From NCBI GenBank assembly GCA_964535515.1, contig CAZHTA010000001.1:49707-113706 (forward strand): a stretch of DNA of 64,000 nt. The letters run 5' to 3'. Origin of the DNA: an uncultured Gammaproteobacteria bacterium. Its GTDB lineage: Bacteria; Patescibacteriota; Patescibacteriia; Magasanikbacterales; GWA2-37-8. Below are positions 10,401 through 20,600 of this stretch, one piece after another (the stretch's first letter is position 1; each line of letters opens with the position of its first letter). The notes beneath the pieces were generated by a model, which was not told where the DNA came from, ran no database searches, and saw nothing but the letters and a program-made list of their open reading frames with translations. The position numbers and the translations under genes were made by a program.

Positions 10401-10864
10401 CGACCGCGAACATTCTCAGCAGTGAAGAAAACACCAGCAGAACGGATAAGTTGAGAAACAACTACACGTTCAATACCATTCACAATAAAAGTACCACGAT
10501 CAGTCATCACTGGCACATCACCTAAATAAATTTCTTGTGACTTGGTTTGATTGGTGCGCTTATTAACCATTCGCGCTGTAATACGTAATGGTGCTTCAAA
10601 GGTAACATTACGCTGACGACAAACCACTTCATCAAAACGTGGTTCGTCTAAATAGTAGTCTTCTAAATACAATTCTAAATCCCTACCAGAAAAGTCTGTG
10701 ATTGGAGACACCTCCTCAAACAATTCTTTAATACCAAATTTTAGAAACCAGCTGTAGGAGTCCTTCTGAACTTCAATCAAGTCTGGCAACGGCATAGCAT
10801 CAAGTGCAGTGGTGAAGAATTTTCTTTCCAAAGTCTTGAGCGGGAGGCGTTTAAAAAGAGACAT
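7439..10864 (-). CDS. rpoB: DNA-directed RNA polymerase subunit beta
   Basis: 1141 aa. Canonical rpoB sequence throughout, immediately upstream of rpoC. No SD before ATG. Confidence 0.97.
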   Translation of the reverse strand: MSLFKRLPLKTLERKFFTTALDAMPLPDLIEVQKDSYSWFLKFGIKELFEEVSPITDFSGRDLELYLEDYYLDEPRFDEVVCRQRNVTFEAPLRITARMVNKRTNQTKSQEIYLGDVPVMTDRGTFIVNGIERVVVSQLIRSAGVFFTAENVRGRRYYGAKIIPNRGAWIEVETDSNNALWIKVDRKRKVAATSLLRAFGYEDDEKMKELFKDVNNHPNIDFLDATIKKDLAKNQSEGFIEVYKRIRPGDLATADNAKSLIEAMFFNFERYDLGRVGVYKFNSKFDIPSQHEDYDKKENRVLSADKLLAVLKEVIRLNVTQEEPDDVDHLGNRRVRAVGELVQNRFRVGLARMERVAKDRMSTYDMEQVTPNRLINSRPVTSAIREFFMSSQMSQFMDQHNPLSELEHKRRLSAMGPGGLSRDRASFEVRDVHTTHYGRICPVATPEGPNIGLVNHLSSFARINEFGFIETPYRKVLREVENKPEFLEGEILRGDIEGVKDGTKITKEIAAKLAKAKLQKIPVRPRVTNEIIYLSAFKEEKVMTASAKTRTDENGYFLDEMVPARVHGNPGTAATIDLDYLDVSSSQIVSVATACIPFMEHDDGQRALMGTNMQRQAVPCIRPEPPLVGTGAEKAAAHYSGHMIIASEDGEIVEADGGHIVLKGKKGDLYTYQLNKFVRSNAATCINQHLEIKVGDKVKKGQYLTDGPSIHNGELALGQNVLVAYMVWDGFNYEDAVIFSEGLVQSDRYTSIHIEDYTIDVRETKLGPEVVTSDIPNVSEEKLKNLDSEGVVRIGAEVKSGDILVGKITPKGETELSAEERLLRAIFGEKARDVRDSSLYLEHGEHGKVIGVQVFSEEAGDKLEPGVIKQVQVKVADMRKIQVGDKMAGRHGNKGVISRVVPMADMPFLEDGTPIDIILSPLGVISRMNLGQILETHLGLAANALGYKIATPVLNGLSEDQIRDELIKAGLPVDGQVRLFDGRTGEPFDHKITVGYNYMLKLNHMVEDKIHQRSIGPYSLITQQPLGGKAQFGGQRFGEMEVWALEAYGAAHTLQEILTIKSDDVPGRSKAYEAIVKGEQISRVNIPESFNVLVRELKGLGLDVELLKRSDSGEYVVAKETVEGENKDDMQSGGPVPPPAV

Positions 10865-11218
10865 AGAGAATTAAATTATTTTTAATTTATTTATTTATTT
10901 AAAAAAAGTAGTAATTAAACAAAAAAACGGCCAAAAAAAGAGGCTTTTAGATTAAATTTCCTTATAATTTAGCCAAAACAAGCAAGGTGAGCATGATTTT
11001 TGTCTTAATGTCCTTGCACGCAGCCTTAACCGTTGGTATAGGTAAAAGCCACATTTTTCGCTTGATTAAGCAGAAAAACAGCTAATTTTTCTCCTAAATC
11101 AAGAAGCACATAGATTTTATATGATTTGTCAAGAAAAGTCAAATTTTAACGGTGGATAACTTATAAAAACAAGGAAACAATCCTTAAACGAAAAAAGATG
11201 CCTGGTTTGGAAGTTAAT

Positions 11219-11243
11219 AAAAGCTCTCAAAATGAGAGCTTTT
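11219..11243. terminator. bidirectional terminator hairpin downstream of tRNA-Leu
   Basis: aaaagctctcaaaatgagagctttt perfect hairpin with a T-run. Confidence 0.55.
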
Positions 11244-11245
11244 AT

Positions 11246-11330
11246 TGGTGGTCCGAGTGGGGATCGAACCCACATGCCTTGCGGCACAGGATTTTAAGTC
11301 CTGCGTGTATACCAGTTCCACCATCGGACC
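11246..11330 (-). tRNA. tRNA-Leu (anticodon TAA), CCA encoded
   Basis: Minus-strand ggtccgatggtggaactggtatacacgcaggacttaaaatcctgtgccgcaaggcatgtgggttcgatccccactcggaccacca. Anticodon loop cttaaaa, long variable arm, GTTCGATCC T-arm. Confidence 0.85.
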
Positions 11331-11402
11331 ATTCTCGCCCTGTTAGGGTAAAACCAAGAAAATATTATCACGACTACAAAAAAAATTCAATACCTTGCTT
11401 TT

Positions 11403-12068
11403 TTATTCCTTTTTTAAATAATTACTTACCATCAAAGCTTCTAACTCCTTCTTTTCTGTATCAGAAAAATCAACTGACGCTAATACAGCTGTCTTCATTT
11501 TCTCAAATTCAACCTCTTCGACTTGCACACGCATACCCTTGCTATCGCCAACAACTAATTTAAACAAATTACCTGCATTGTCTACACCCATTTTTTTCAA
11601 AATTTCTTTAAACTTTTCATTTACTGTTTCCACTATACTAATGGCATTTACTGATCCCAAATCAGAACTCCCTTCTAATTCACTCATTGGAAGATTAGTA
11701 TTTTGATTACCAAACAAAGACAAAACCACTGGCTCTCGCCAAAAAGCAACTACCCAATCCCGTACGTTGCGCTCAGGCACAGCTAATACCTCAACAAATC
11801 CGATCTGTCTTCTTGTTGCAGCACCACCATCTCTTTGTTGTTGTTGACGTTCTTCGGCAATCAAATCCGACAAGGTCGGCCCTTGGTCTAGCAACGAAGT
11901 ATTAAAACCAATTTTTTTTGGACGATTGTGTGGACCATCTGCTTCGTCGATCTCTCTAGCCGAAATACCGCGTGATAACTCACGCAGCATTGATTCACGA
12001 TACTGATCATCCCCAAGAGACCCTCTACCTAAATTAATTTCTGGAGCCCCGCCATTACCTTCTGACAT
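11403..12068 (-). CDS. hypothetical protein (221 aa)
   Basis: Long ORF with ordinary composition. No family recognised. Confidence 0.5.
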   Translation of the reverse strand: MSEGNGGAPEINLGRGSLGDDQYRESMLRELSRGISAREIDEADGPHNRPKKIGFNTSLLDQGPTLSDLIAEERQQQQRDGGAATRRQIGFVEVLAVPERNVRDWVVAFWREPVVLSLFGNQNTNLPMSELEGSSDLGSVNAISIVETVNEKFKEILKKMGVDNAGNLFKLVVGDSKGMRVQVEEVEFEKMKTAVLASVDFSDTEKKELEALMVSNYLKKE

Positions 12069-12318
12069 ATAAATAAAAATACTTTCCTACAAAGAGCTGC
12101 GAGAAGAATTGCATGTTTTAGCTAACGAATCAAATGATGAAAACGCCTAATCCAGACAAATTAATGTAAGGAAAAAGGGAGAGAGAATGTTTTTAACATC
12201 CGATTCGGTTGAGACATCAACTCGTTCCGCAGCTCTTTAGAGAAAAGTACTAACATTATATCTGGTCTACACTTACCGTCAAGAGAAGCGACCTGTTGAT
12301 AACTAAAAACAATACCCA

Positions 12319-12861
12319 CTAAATGATTTTTATTTCTTCTACCCCTTCTTGAAAATTCACCCACCGAGCGGCGGTGAATAAATAGTCACTTAAACGATTA
12401 AGATATTTATACAACTCTGGCCGAACAGTTTGTTCTTTTCCTAAAGTAACTAAAACTCGTTCAGTTCGGCGACAAATAGTACGCGCGTGATGCAAGTGCG
12501 CACCAGCCAAACATCCTCCAGGTAAAATGAAATTCTTTAACTCTGGCAAATCTTCTGAACAACTATCAATATTTTCTTCCAGTTCTTTAATTTCTTCTTC
12601 GCCGACTTTAACCAAGCCTTCCCCAACAGTAGTTTGTAATGCCGCTACCTCCGCACCCACCTTAAAAAGATCATGCTGAATTTTTACTAAAAACTCTGTT
12701 AGTAAACTACCAAACAAATGCGCTACCGCTTCACCGATTTTAGAATTGAGCTCATCAATCTCCCCTACCACCTGCAAGGTGATACAATCTTTAGTAACAC
12801 GCTCGCCGCCCAAAAGTGACGTTTCTCCGGTATCCCCGGTTTTAGTATATATTTTGATCAT
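12319..12861 (-). CDS. ATP:cob(I)alamin adenosyltransferase, PduO-type
   Basis: MIKIYTKTGDTGETSLLGGERV N-terminus is characteristic of PduO/MMAB-type adenosyltransferases. Start moved to the internal ATG at 12861. Confidence 0.8.
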   Translation of the reverse strand: MIKIYTKTGDTGETSLLGGERVTKDCITLQVVGEIDELNSKIGEAVAHLFGSLLTEFLVKIQHDLFKVGAEVAALQTTVGEGLVKVGEEEIKELEENIDSCSEDLPELKNFILPGGCLAGAHLHHARTICRRTERVLVTLGKEQTVRPELYKYLNRLSDYLFTAARWVNFQEGVEEIKII

Positions 12862-13160
12862 AAAAGTTGTTCTTATATCGAATAATTGAATTATATCCCA
12901 CCCTAAAACATAAATCAAACAAGATTGACAATTTGCCTAAAATAGGCTAATTTAGCTTGGGATAACTGGAAAAAGGAGGAAGAACTTGAGACACGTCTTG
13001 ATGTCCGTCAAGAAGCGCGGCATGAAGTTCGGACGTCGCCGGGTGTTCTAACCCCGACTTCTACGGCTACACCATCTCATATCCCCCATGCACGCCTGCT
13101 GCACTCCCATCCTGCAGGCATTCCATTTTTATAACTACTTTGGTAATTATAAAATAGAAT

Positions 13161-13194
13161 AAAAAACCACTGCTTTAAAACAGTGGTTTTTTAT
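13161..13194. terminator. bidirectional terminator T1 (degenerate copy of the guaB terminator at 16124-16156)
   Basis: aaaaaaccactgctttaaaacagtggtttttt. Lies at the left edge of high-GC island 2. Confidence 0.6.
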
Positions 13195-13367
13195 TCCCCT
13201 CATTCATCAAAATATTTTAATGAATAAGGGATGGGTGGTGTATGCGCCGGAAACACACACCCTTCCCCCCTAGGAAAGAACAGTAGCATTTCACACTGAA
13301 ACACGAACATTTCTCCGGCTATGTGAACGAGATTGAATGAGCGAAATTGAAGACCAGCGCGAACGCG

Positions 13368-15824
13368 CTAGGCCTGGTGTTCGTCGTTGGTGAGACGGGT
13401 CTTGACCTCGTCCCACACACCGGCGATGAACTCCACCGCGAGAACGGGGTTCCTGACGACGATATCGGCCACCATCGGATAGCGATTGCCGAGCATTTCG
13501 AGCAGGACCTCCACGACCTCGTGGTGCATCGCCAGCATCACGACCTTGCCGATGTCGACGAGACCGTCCGTGCGACCGGCAGGGATGAAGGACGGCGGCG
13601 GGATGAACACCATGGAGGGCGAAGCCACGCCATCTTCCATGCCATCCCGAGTTTCGGGCGGTTGGTCGAGAGCCGTATTGTCGGCGTCGTCATGTTGACC
13701 CACCAGCCCATCGGGGAACGGCTCAGCCGACTCGACGACCTCGTCGACACGACCTTCCGGCTCCCTCGACTCCTCCGACGAGATGTAACCGAACTGTGCC
13801 GACTGGAGTTGAGCGAACGCCTCGTCGTAGCCGCCTTCCCCGAAGAAACCGCTGTCCCGAATGACGTCGAGGGCGGCCTGGCCGCCATCGATCGTGGAGA
13901 AGCGCTCCCGAGGAATGGTCTCCCCGGTCACACTCTTCCACTCGTAGACGATCACGGTCGCACCACTTCCCTCGATCCGTTCGAGTTGCAGTCTACCGGC
14001 AGGAGTGGCCCTGATGGGCTCCGCCAGAACGGATTCCTGCTCGAGCACGGACTCGATGACCTCGGGGGTCGGATCGAGATCTTCGATCGGCGGCGCAACA
14101 CCCACGATGGGCACGACGTCGTTGGCCTCGGCGGGTGCCGCGGCCATCGCGTCGTCGTTGACCTCGATCGAAGCCGCGTTGGCGTCAACCAGGTCGACGA
14201 CCGCCTCGACGACAGACACCGGGGTTGGTGTAGCCGACGGAACGTAGGTGAACGGTTCATCGGTCCGGGGATGCTTGATGAACTTGATCTGACGATCAGC
14301 AACACCATCACCCACGAACTCCACGTAGCCCCAGTCACGAACCGTCCTGCAATATATCGAGGCCGAACAGGTCTCGTTCAGGTTCACCTTGGGACATTGC
14401 AGTCCCGAGATGCGCATGACCTCGGCGTAAGGCCCGGTGCGGCCATTCACGAGTTCGAACAGCTGAGCCAGACGCTCCTGCCGATCCATGCGAGCACCCG
14501 ACAACGCCGGCACCTTGGTCCAATCGAACTCGTCCACCACGATGGCGACGGGCTCGATGACCTCAGAGGTCGGCTCGAGCTCTTCAACCGGCGGCGCAGC
14601 ACTCACGATGGGCGCAGCGTCGTTGGTCTCGGCGAGGACGGGTTCTTCACGATCGGCACGCTTGCCCACGACCAGGCCGTCCAGATCTAGAACCATGTCG
14701 TTGGGATCACCCGCCCACACGAACTTGTCGGGATGATCCTTGTTGGGCTCGAGCGTTCCGTAACCCAAGTTCTCCATGAGGCGCAAAGCCTCACGGGCAC
14801 CACCCTTGTTGACGAAGCAGCCCACACCTTCCCAGTCGAGGCTGCCCCACGGCACATCCTTACCCTGGTAATGAGCGTAGAACTTCACGGCCACATCGAG
14901 GGGCGCGGAGAGCGACTCAGCGGGGCTATCGGCGTTGACCGCGACCGGCTCGGCCGTCGCCACGTTAGCGTCGGTCAAACCACCGCCGTTCGCCTCCGAT
15001 CCGACACCGAAGTCCTTGATGGCCATCGGATCGAGCAAGTAAATCTTGTGCTCGATCGTCAAGCTGTCCTGCACCTGCTTGTTCTGCAACTGGCAGAGGA
15101 CCATAACGGCCTCATCACCGGCCTTGATCAGCCGACTGTAGAGGCCCAGGATGTTGCTGGAGACAGCGTAGGTGGGGTGTTTGGTCGAACCCTTGTTCAC
15201 CACCCACTTGTGCCGTTCCATTTCCTTGAGCACTTCGACGACGAGGTTGCGCCTCTGCTGAACACCTTCCTGCTTGCCCAGGATCTCCTTGTACAGATCT
15301 CCCAGGCCGTGCTCGGCACCTTCGTCCAACACCTCCATAATGGCACCGAACAACTCGGCCTGTTTGGCCTTGCTCATGACTTGCCTCCCTTCTTGCGCTT
15401 TCATCCAGGCTTCTATCATCTCGCCTTTGTTCGAGACTCTCCTCTCTTGAGCAAGATCATCTTCGTCTTCTTCCGGGGCTTCACCTTTCGGCTCTACTCC
15501 GAGCGAAGCGAGGATCGTACGTGTGGTTTCACCTCCAGCCTTTTTTCGTTTTGCTTTCTCTGCTTGCCACTCACGCTCCTCGAAGACACCAGACGTGCCT
15601 TCTTCGGAGAACCCTTCACGATTCTTCCTTCCCTGCACGCAACGCCAACAACAGCTACGCTTTTTCTCCATCGCGTTTGCATCGAGGTAATCGTCGAGAC
15701 ATTGCTGCAACGACAACACCTTCCGGCGAGACTTGCACGGGAACGTGGTAGCCGCAAGTTGCGCCTCCAGCTCTGGACACCCTTCTCGATACGAAGGGGG
15801 AGCGAACGGATCACTCTTGTCCAT
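13368..15824 (-). CDS. large acidic hypothetical protein with internal tandem repeats (818 aa from the SD-preceded ATG), high-GC island 2
   Basis: About 62% GC. GGAGGAGGTG directly before ATG at 15824. Internal repeat NDAAPIVSAAPPVEELEPTSEVIEPV versus NDVVPIVGVAPPIEDLDPTPEVIESV. The plus-strand ORFs over the same span have R/G/H-biased junk composition. Confidence 0.6.
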   Translation of the reverse strand: MDKSDPFAPPSYREGCPELEAQLAATTFPCKSRRKVLSLQQCLDDYLDANAMEKKRSCCWRCVQGRKNREGFSEEGTSGVFEEREWQAEKAKRKKAGGETTRTILASLGVEPKGEAPEEDEDDLAQERRVSNKGEMIEAWMKAQEGRQVMSKAKQAELFGAIMEVLDEGAEHGLGDLYKEILGKQEGVQQRRNLVVEVLKEMERHKWVVNKGSTKHPTYAVSSNILGLYSRLIKAGDEAVMVLCQLQNKQVQDSLTIEHKIYLLDPMAIKDFGVGSEANGGGLTDANVATAEPVAVNADSPAESLSAPLDVAVKFYAHYQGKDVPWGSLDWEGVGCFVNKGGAREALRLMENLGYGTLEPNKDHPDKFVWAGDPNDMVLDLDGLVVGKRADREEPVLAETNDAAPIVSAAPPVEELEPTSEVIEPVAIVVDEFDWTKVPALSGARMDRQERLAQLFELVNGRTGPYAEVMRISGLQCPKVNLNETCSASIYCRTVRDWGYVEFVGDGVADRQIKFIKHPRTDEPFTYVPSATPTPVSVVEAVVDLVDANAASIEVNDDAMAAAPAEANDVVPIVGVAPPIEDLDPTPEVIESVLEQESVLAEPIRATPAGRLQLERIEGSGATVIVYEWKSVTGETIPRERFSTIDGGQAALDVIRDSGFFGEGGYDEAFAQLQSAQFGYISSEESREPEGRVDEVVESAEPFPDGLVGQHDDADNTALDQPPETRDGMEDGVASPSMVFIPPPSFIPAGRTDGLVDIGKVVMLAMHHEVVEVLLEMLGNRYPMVADIVVRNPVLAVEFIAGVWDEVKTRLTNDEHQA

Positions 15825-16123
15825 CACCTCCTCCTTCTGGTTTGGGTTTCTTTCGCATACGCCTGTACGCAAACTGCGGACACCACTTACGGGGCGACCC
15901 TTTGTTTCTCACCTCCAACATCATCCCTCCTCCCGGTGTGAAAGTTGAGTGCTAGCCTAAAACGATCGAAACCGTCTATGTTACCTTTTATATATGCAAA
16001 ACTGCCTAAGCAGTTTGTTAGGTTGGAAAAGAACTAATCGTTTCTCCTCCTTTCAGCTTTGTATTCTACATATTTAATACTAAAAGTCAACCATTCATAC
16101 TAAAACTACGCACTTCTAAAACA

Positions 16124-16156
16124 CAAAAAAACACCGCTTTAAACGGTGGTTTTTTG
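16124..16156. terminator. guaB terminator T2
   Basis: aaaaacaccgctttaaacggtggtttttt immediately downstream of the guaB stop (minus strand). Confidence 0.65.
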
Positions 16157-16170
16157 TTGCTAATTTTTTA

Positions 16171-17613
16171 TCACCCCATCACATCAACATCGTGTGGCCC
16201 ACTCTCCCGCTGACCCGCTTGAGTCATACGCACAAAAGTAACATTTTCTTGCAGTTCAGAGATGGTGTGTGAATTGGTATAGCTCATACCAGATTTTAAC
16301 CCACCAACCATCTGCGAAACAATATCAATCACTGGCCCTTTGTATGGCACGAGCGATTCTACTCCTTCTGGTACTACATCATTCAAATCTTTCTTTTCCA
16401 AATTAATTGATTTACGTTTGTAACTCACTGAAAAACTCGCACTCCCCCGACACACTTTAAACTTCTTGTCCCCTCGTTTCATTAACACCCCTGGAGACTC
16501 TTCGGTACCAGCCAACATTCCACCCAACATGACTGTATCTGCACCAGCACCAAGTGCTTTTACCAAATCACCGGAACGTTGAATACCGCCATCAGCAATC
16601 ACTGGTACACCATAGCGTTTAGCCACCCTAGAAGCCTCCATAACAGCTGTTAGCTGTGGCATACCACATCCAGTGACCAAACGAGTGATACAAGTTGTCC
16701 CAGGGCCAACACCGACCTTAATCGCATCTGCTCCGGCTTCACACAAATCACGGGCGGCTGTCGCTGTCGCAATATTGCCAGCGATAATCTGTACATCTCC
16801 CGCTGCCGCTCGGATCTGTTCAATCGCTCGAAACATATGTTCTGAATGTCCATGAGCAATATCTACCACCAACGCATCTGCCCCCGCTTCAGTCAAAGCA
16901 ACTGCTCGTTCGATAAAATCACCATGCACGCCTACTGACGCTCCCACCAACAATTGACCAAACGAATCTAAATTAGCCAAAGGGTATTGTACAATATGTT
17001 TTAAGTCATCGGTGGTAATCAAACCAACAATTACATTATCCAAATCCACCAATGGCAACTTTTCAATTTTATGTTCCGCAAAAATTACCTTGGCCTCTTC
17101 GAAGGTTGTGTGTGGCTCACCCACAATTAATTTTTCTCGTGGTGTCATAACATCCTTAACCAACAAACGATCTTCATCCCCATTAGCAAACAAAAAATCA
17201 CGGCGCGACAACACGCCTAGTAATTTTCTATCACCATTTGCTACCAACAAACCCGTTACCCCAACCTCAGCAGCAAAACGTTTAACTTCAGCGACAGTTT
17301 TATCGGGAGAAATTGTATATGGATCTTCCACGATAAAATTCTGTGCCCGTTTAACCCGCTTCACCTGTTCCACATTTTCTTCAATACTCATGAAACGATG
17401 CAACACACCAAAACCCCCAATCCGCGCTAACGCGATTGCCATTTCTGCTTCAGTCACAGTATCCATATTGGCACTAACAATCGGTACGTTAATATTAATT
17501 TTTTTAGTTAGACGCGTTCGGGTATTGGCTTCACTGCGTGAACTAAAAGATGAACGTTTTGGAACAATCAAGACATCGTCATATGTTAGTGCCCACGGGA
17601 TAATATTCTCCAT
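16171..17613 (-). CDS. guaB: inosine-5'-monophosphate dehydrogenase
   Basis: 480 aa. IMPDH catalytic loop [11 protein letters not shown] and the CBS pair region. Confidence 0.95.
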   Translation of the reverse strand: MENIIPWALTYDDVLIVPKRSSFSSRSEANTRTRLTKKININVPIVSANMDTVTEAEMAIALARIGGFGVLHRFMSIEENVEQVKRVKRAQNFIVEDPYTISPDKTVAEVKRFAAEVGVTGLLVANGDRKLLGVLSRRDFLFANGDEDRLLVKDVMTPREKLIVGEPHTTFEEAKVIFAEHKIEKLPLVDLDNVIVGLITTDDLKHIVQYPLANLDSFGQLLVGASVGVHGDFIERAVALTEAGADALVVDIAHGHSEHMFRAIEQIRAAAGDVQIIAGNIATATAARDLCEAGADAIKVGVGPGTTCITRLVTGCGMPQLTAVMEASRVAKRYGVPVIADGGIQRSGDLVKALGAGADTVMLGGMLAGTEESPGVLMKRGDKKFKVCRGSASFSVSYKRKSINLEKKDLNDVVPEGVESLVPYKGPVIDIVSQMVGGLKSGMSYTNSHTISELQENVTFVRMTQAGQRESGPHDVDVMG

Positions 17614-17679
17614 AGTAATTAAAGATAATTAAAAATGCATTTGTTTTAAAAGCCACCCTTTTTTGGGGTGGCTCTCATT

Positions 17680-20600
17680 TTAACTACAACCAGTGGTGCT
17701 GCCACAGTTCAAACATTTGTAACAACTACCGCTGCGAATGGTAATATGCCCGCAAGTCGAGCAAGGCGGAGCATCTCCCATCATCCCAGACAACTGTTGA
17801 TCCGCACCTGAATCAGCCACTTCTTTTTTAAACAACGCCAACTGATCTTTGGTCGCTGTTTCGTCTTTCAAAATTATCTTTTCTTTTTCCACCTCACCAT
17901 CAATCTCTTCTTTTATCTCCGGCAATTCTAAAGTTTTTTGCCCAGTTGCTTCAGCCATGAGCTTGGCTAATTGCTCTGCCCGATTTTTCTGAATGCCAGT
18001 TGGTTTAACCTGAACAAAATCAGTGCGTCCTAAATATTCCATACCCAATACTCGGAAGATGAAATCAACAATCGAAGTAGAGAGTTTAATATTTGGGTGG
18101 TCAGTCATGCCGCTCGGTTCAAAACGGGTAAAAGTAAACTTATCAACATACTCTTCTAGCGGTATACCATATTGCAAACCAGTAGAGATAGAAATTGCAA
18201 ACAGATTCAATAGACTTCGGAAAGAAGCGCCCTCTTTGTACATGTCGATAAACACCTCGCCTAATTTACCATCCGGATATTCCCCAGTACGCAAGAACAA
18301 TTTCTGCCCACCTACTTTAGCCTTAATGGTTAAACCACTACGCTTGTATGGCATCTTGCGTTGTTCACCATGGATATATACTTTCCTACCATTCTCTGAT
18401 CCGTCATGAGCATAATTAACCTGCATCTGACTATCAGAGTGTGTTGGTGCAACAGCAACTGGTGCTGGGGCAATCTCTGCCGCTGCCTCAACAGCTTTTT
18501 CTTCTTTTTTATCTTCGGCTTTTTCTTTGCTCTTACTTGATAATGGTTGAGACAATTTACAACCATCGCGATAGATCGCAATTGCTTTCAAACATAATTT
18601 CCAAGAAGCATTATAAGCAATTTTGATATCTTCTTCTGTCGCTTCGTTCGGCATGTTAATAGTTTTGGAAATAGCACCAGATAAAAATGGTTGTACTGCT
18701 GCCATCATTCTAATATGACCAAGGTAATGAATGTAGCGCTCACCTTTCTTACCGTTCTTGTTGGCCGTATCAAACACCGCATAATGTTCCTGACGTAAAT
18801 GAGGTGCCCCTTCGATTGTCATCGCTCCACAAACATATTCATTAGCAATACTAACTTCTTCGCGAGTGAATCCTAGGGCCGCAAACAAATCAAAATTCTG
18901 ATCATTGTATTGTTCACTAGTAAACCCTAAACGCTTTAAGCAATCTTCACCCAAAGTCCAAACATTAAAAGCAAACGCTATTTCAAATACACCCGCTAAA
19001 CTCTTCTCAATTTTGTTAACCTCTTCTTCTTTTAAACCCTTGGCTTTTAATGATTCAAGATTAATACCTGGGCACCCTTTCAAAGTGGCCCGGCCTTTAA
19101 GATAGTTAACGACGTCGTTAATCTGTGACTCGTTGTATCCTAAAGTTTTTAAAGCCATTGGCACCGCTTCATTTACAATTTTAAAATACCCACCACCAGA
19201 AAGTTTTTTAAATTTTACCAAAGCAAAATCTGGTTCTACACCCGTAGTAGCACAATCCATGAGCAATCCAATTGTACCAGTTGGCGCAAGCAAAGTAGTT
19301 TGAGCATTGCGATAGCCATACTTCTCACCCATCTCTAATGCTTTGTTCCAACTCTCACGGGCGGCAACCAAAAGATACGCTGGAGCATATTGAGGATCAA
19401 TGGCTAATGGCTTTACTGACAATCCTTCATACTCATCTTCTGATACACCAAAAGTCGCTCGGCGATGATTACGCATTACTCTTAACATGTCTGCGCGATT
19501 TTCCTCAAACTTAACAAACGGACCATGTAACCGTGCCATCTCCGCGGAAGTAGCATAGGACTCAGCTGTCATCAAAGACGTTACACTCCCAGCAAAAGCC
19601 AACGCTGATGGTGAATCATATGGAATACCAGCGGTCATCAAAAGTGAACCAATGTTGGCATAACCTAAACCAAGAGTACGATAATCATAACTACCTTGAG
19701 CGATTTCCGCACTTGGATATTGTGCCATCAAAACACTAATCTCTAATACCACTGTCCAAAGACGAGTGGCATAAGTAAAACCAGGAATATCAAAAGTAAC
19801 AGTTTCCGAATCGTAAAAATGTGCTAGGTTTATCGAAGCTAAATTGCAGGCAGTATTATCCAAAAACATGTACTCACTGCAAGGGTTGGAACCGTTAATT
19901 GTTCCCGACTGCGGACAAGTGTGCCATTCATTAATTGTTGTATCAAATTGCAAACCTGGATCAGCACAAGCCCAAGCCGCATGTGCGATTTGATCCCACA
20001 AACTACGTGCTAACAAAGTCTTGCAAGACCGGCCATCCGTACGCCAAGTTAAATTCCAATCCGTATTACTTTCCACCGCTTCCAAGAATGCTTGATTAAC
20101 ACGCACGGAATTATTTGAATTTTGACCGGACACTGTTTGGTAGGCTTCACTTTCATAAGAAGAATCATAACCCGCTGCCACTAATGCTGCTACCTTTTTC
20201 TCTTCCATTACTTTCCAACTGATAAACTCCTCAATATCTGGGTGATCAATATTTAAAATTACCATCTTCGCAGCACGACGAGTAGTACCACCCGATTTAA
20301 TTGCACCAGCAGCACGATCCCCAATCTTTAACCAACTCATTAAACCCGAAGAAGTTCCACCACCAGATAATTTTTCTCCTTTACCACGTAGATTAGAAAA
20401 ATTAGTACCAGTACCAGAACCATATTTAAACAAACGTGCTTCACGGATCCAGAGGTCCATGATACCACCTTCATTGACCAAATCATCACGCACTGATTGA
20501 ATGAAACACGCATGCGGTTGTGGATGAGAATATGAATCAGACGCTGCTGTTAACACTCCCGTTGTTGGATCAACAAAGTGATGACCTTGAGAAGGACCGT

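Noticed and set aside
3536-10864. Short ORFs inside rpoB/rpoC on either strand (for example 8846-9124, 5886-6182, 6306-6677)
   Set aside because: Fully embedded in highly conserved RNA polymerase coding sequence. Out-of-frame or antisense.
11198-11563. 121-aa plus-strand ORF
   Set aside because: Overlaps tRNA-Leu and the intergenic promoter region. Composition not protein-like.
13347-15941. Long plus-strand ORFs (447 aa, 402 aa and others) across island 2
   Set aside because: They are antisense to the SD-preceded 818-aa gene. Their R/G/H/L/D-biased composition is typical of spurious ORFs in high-GC DNA.
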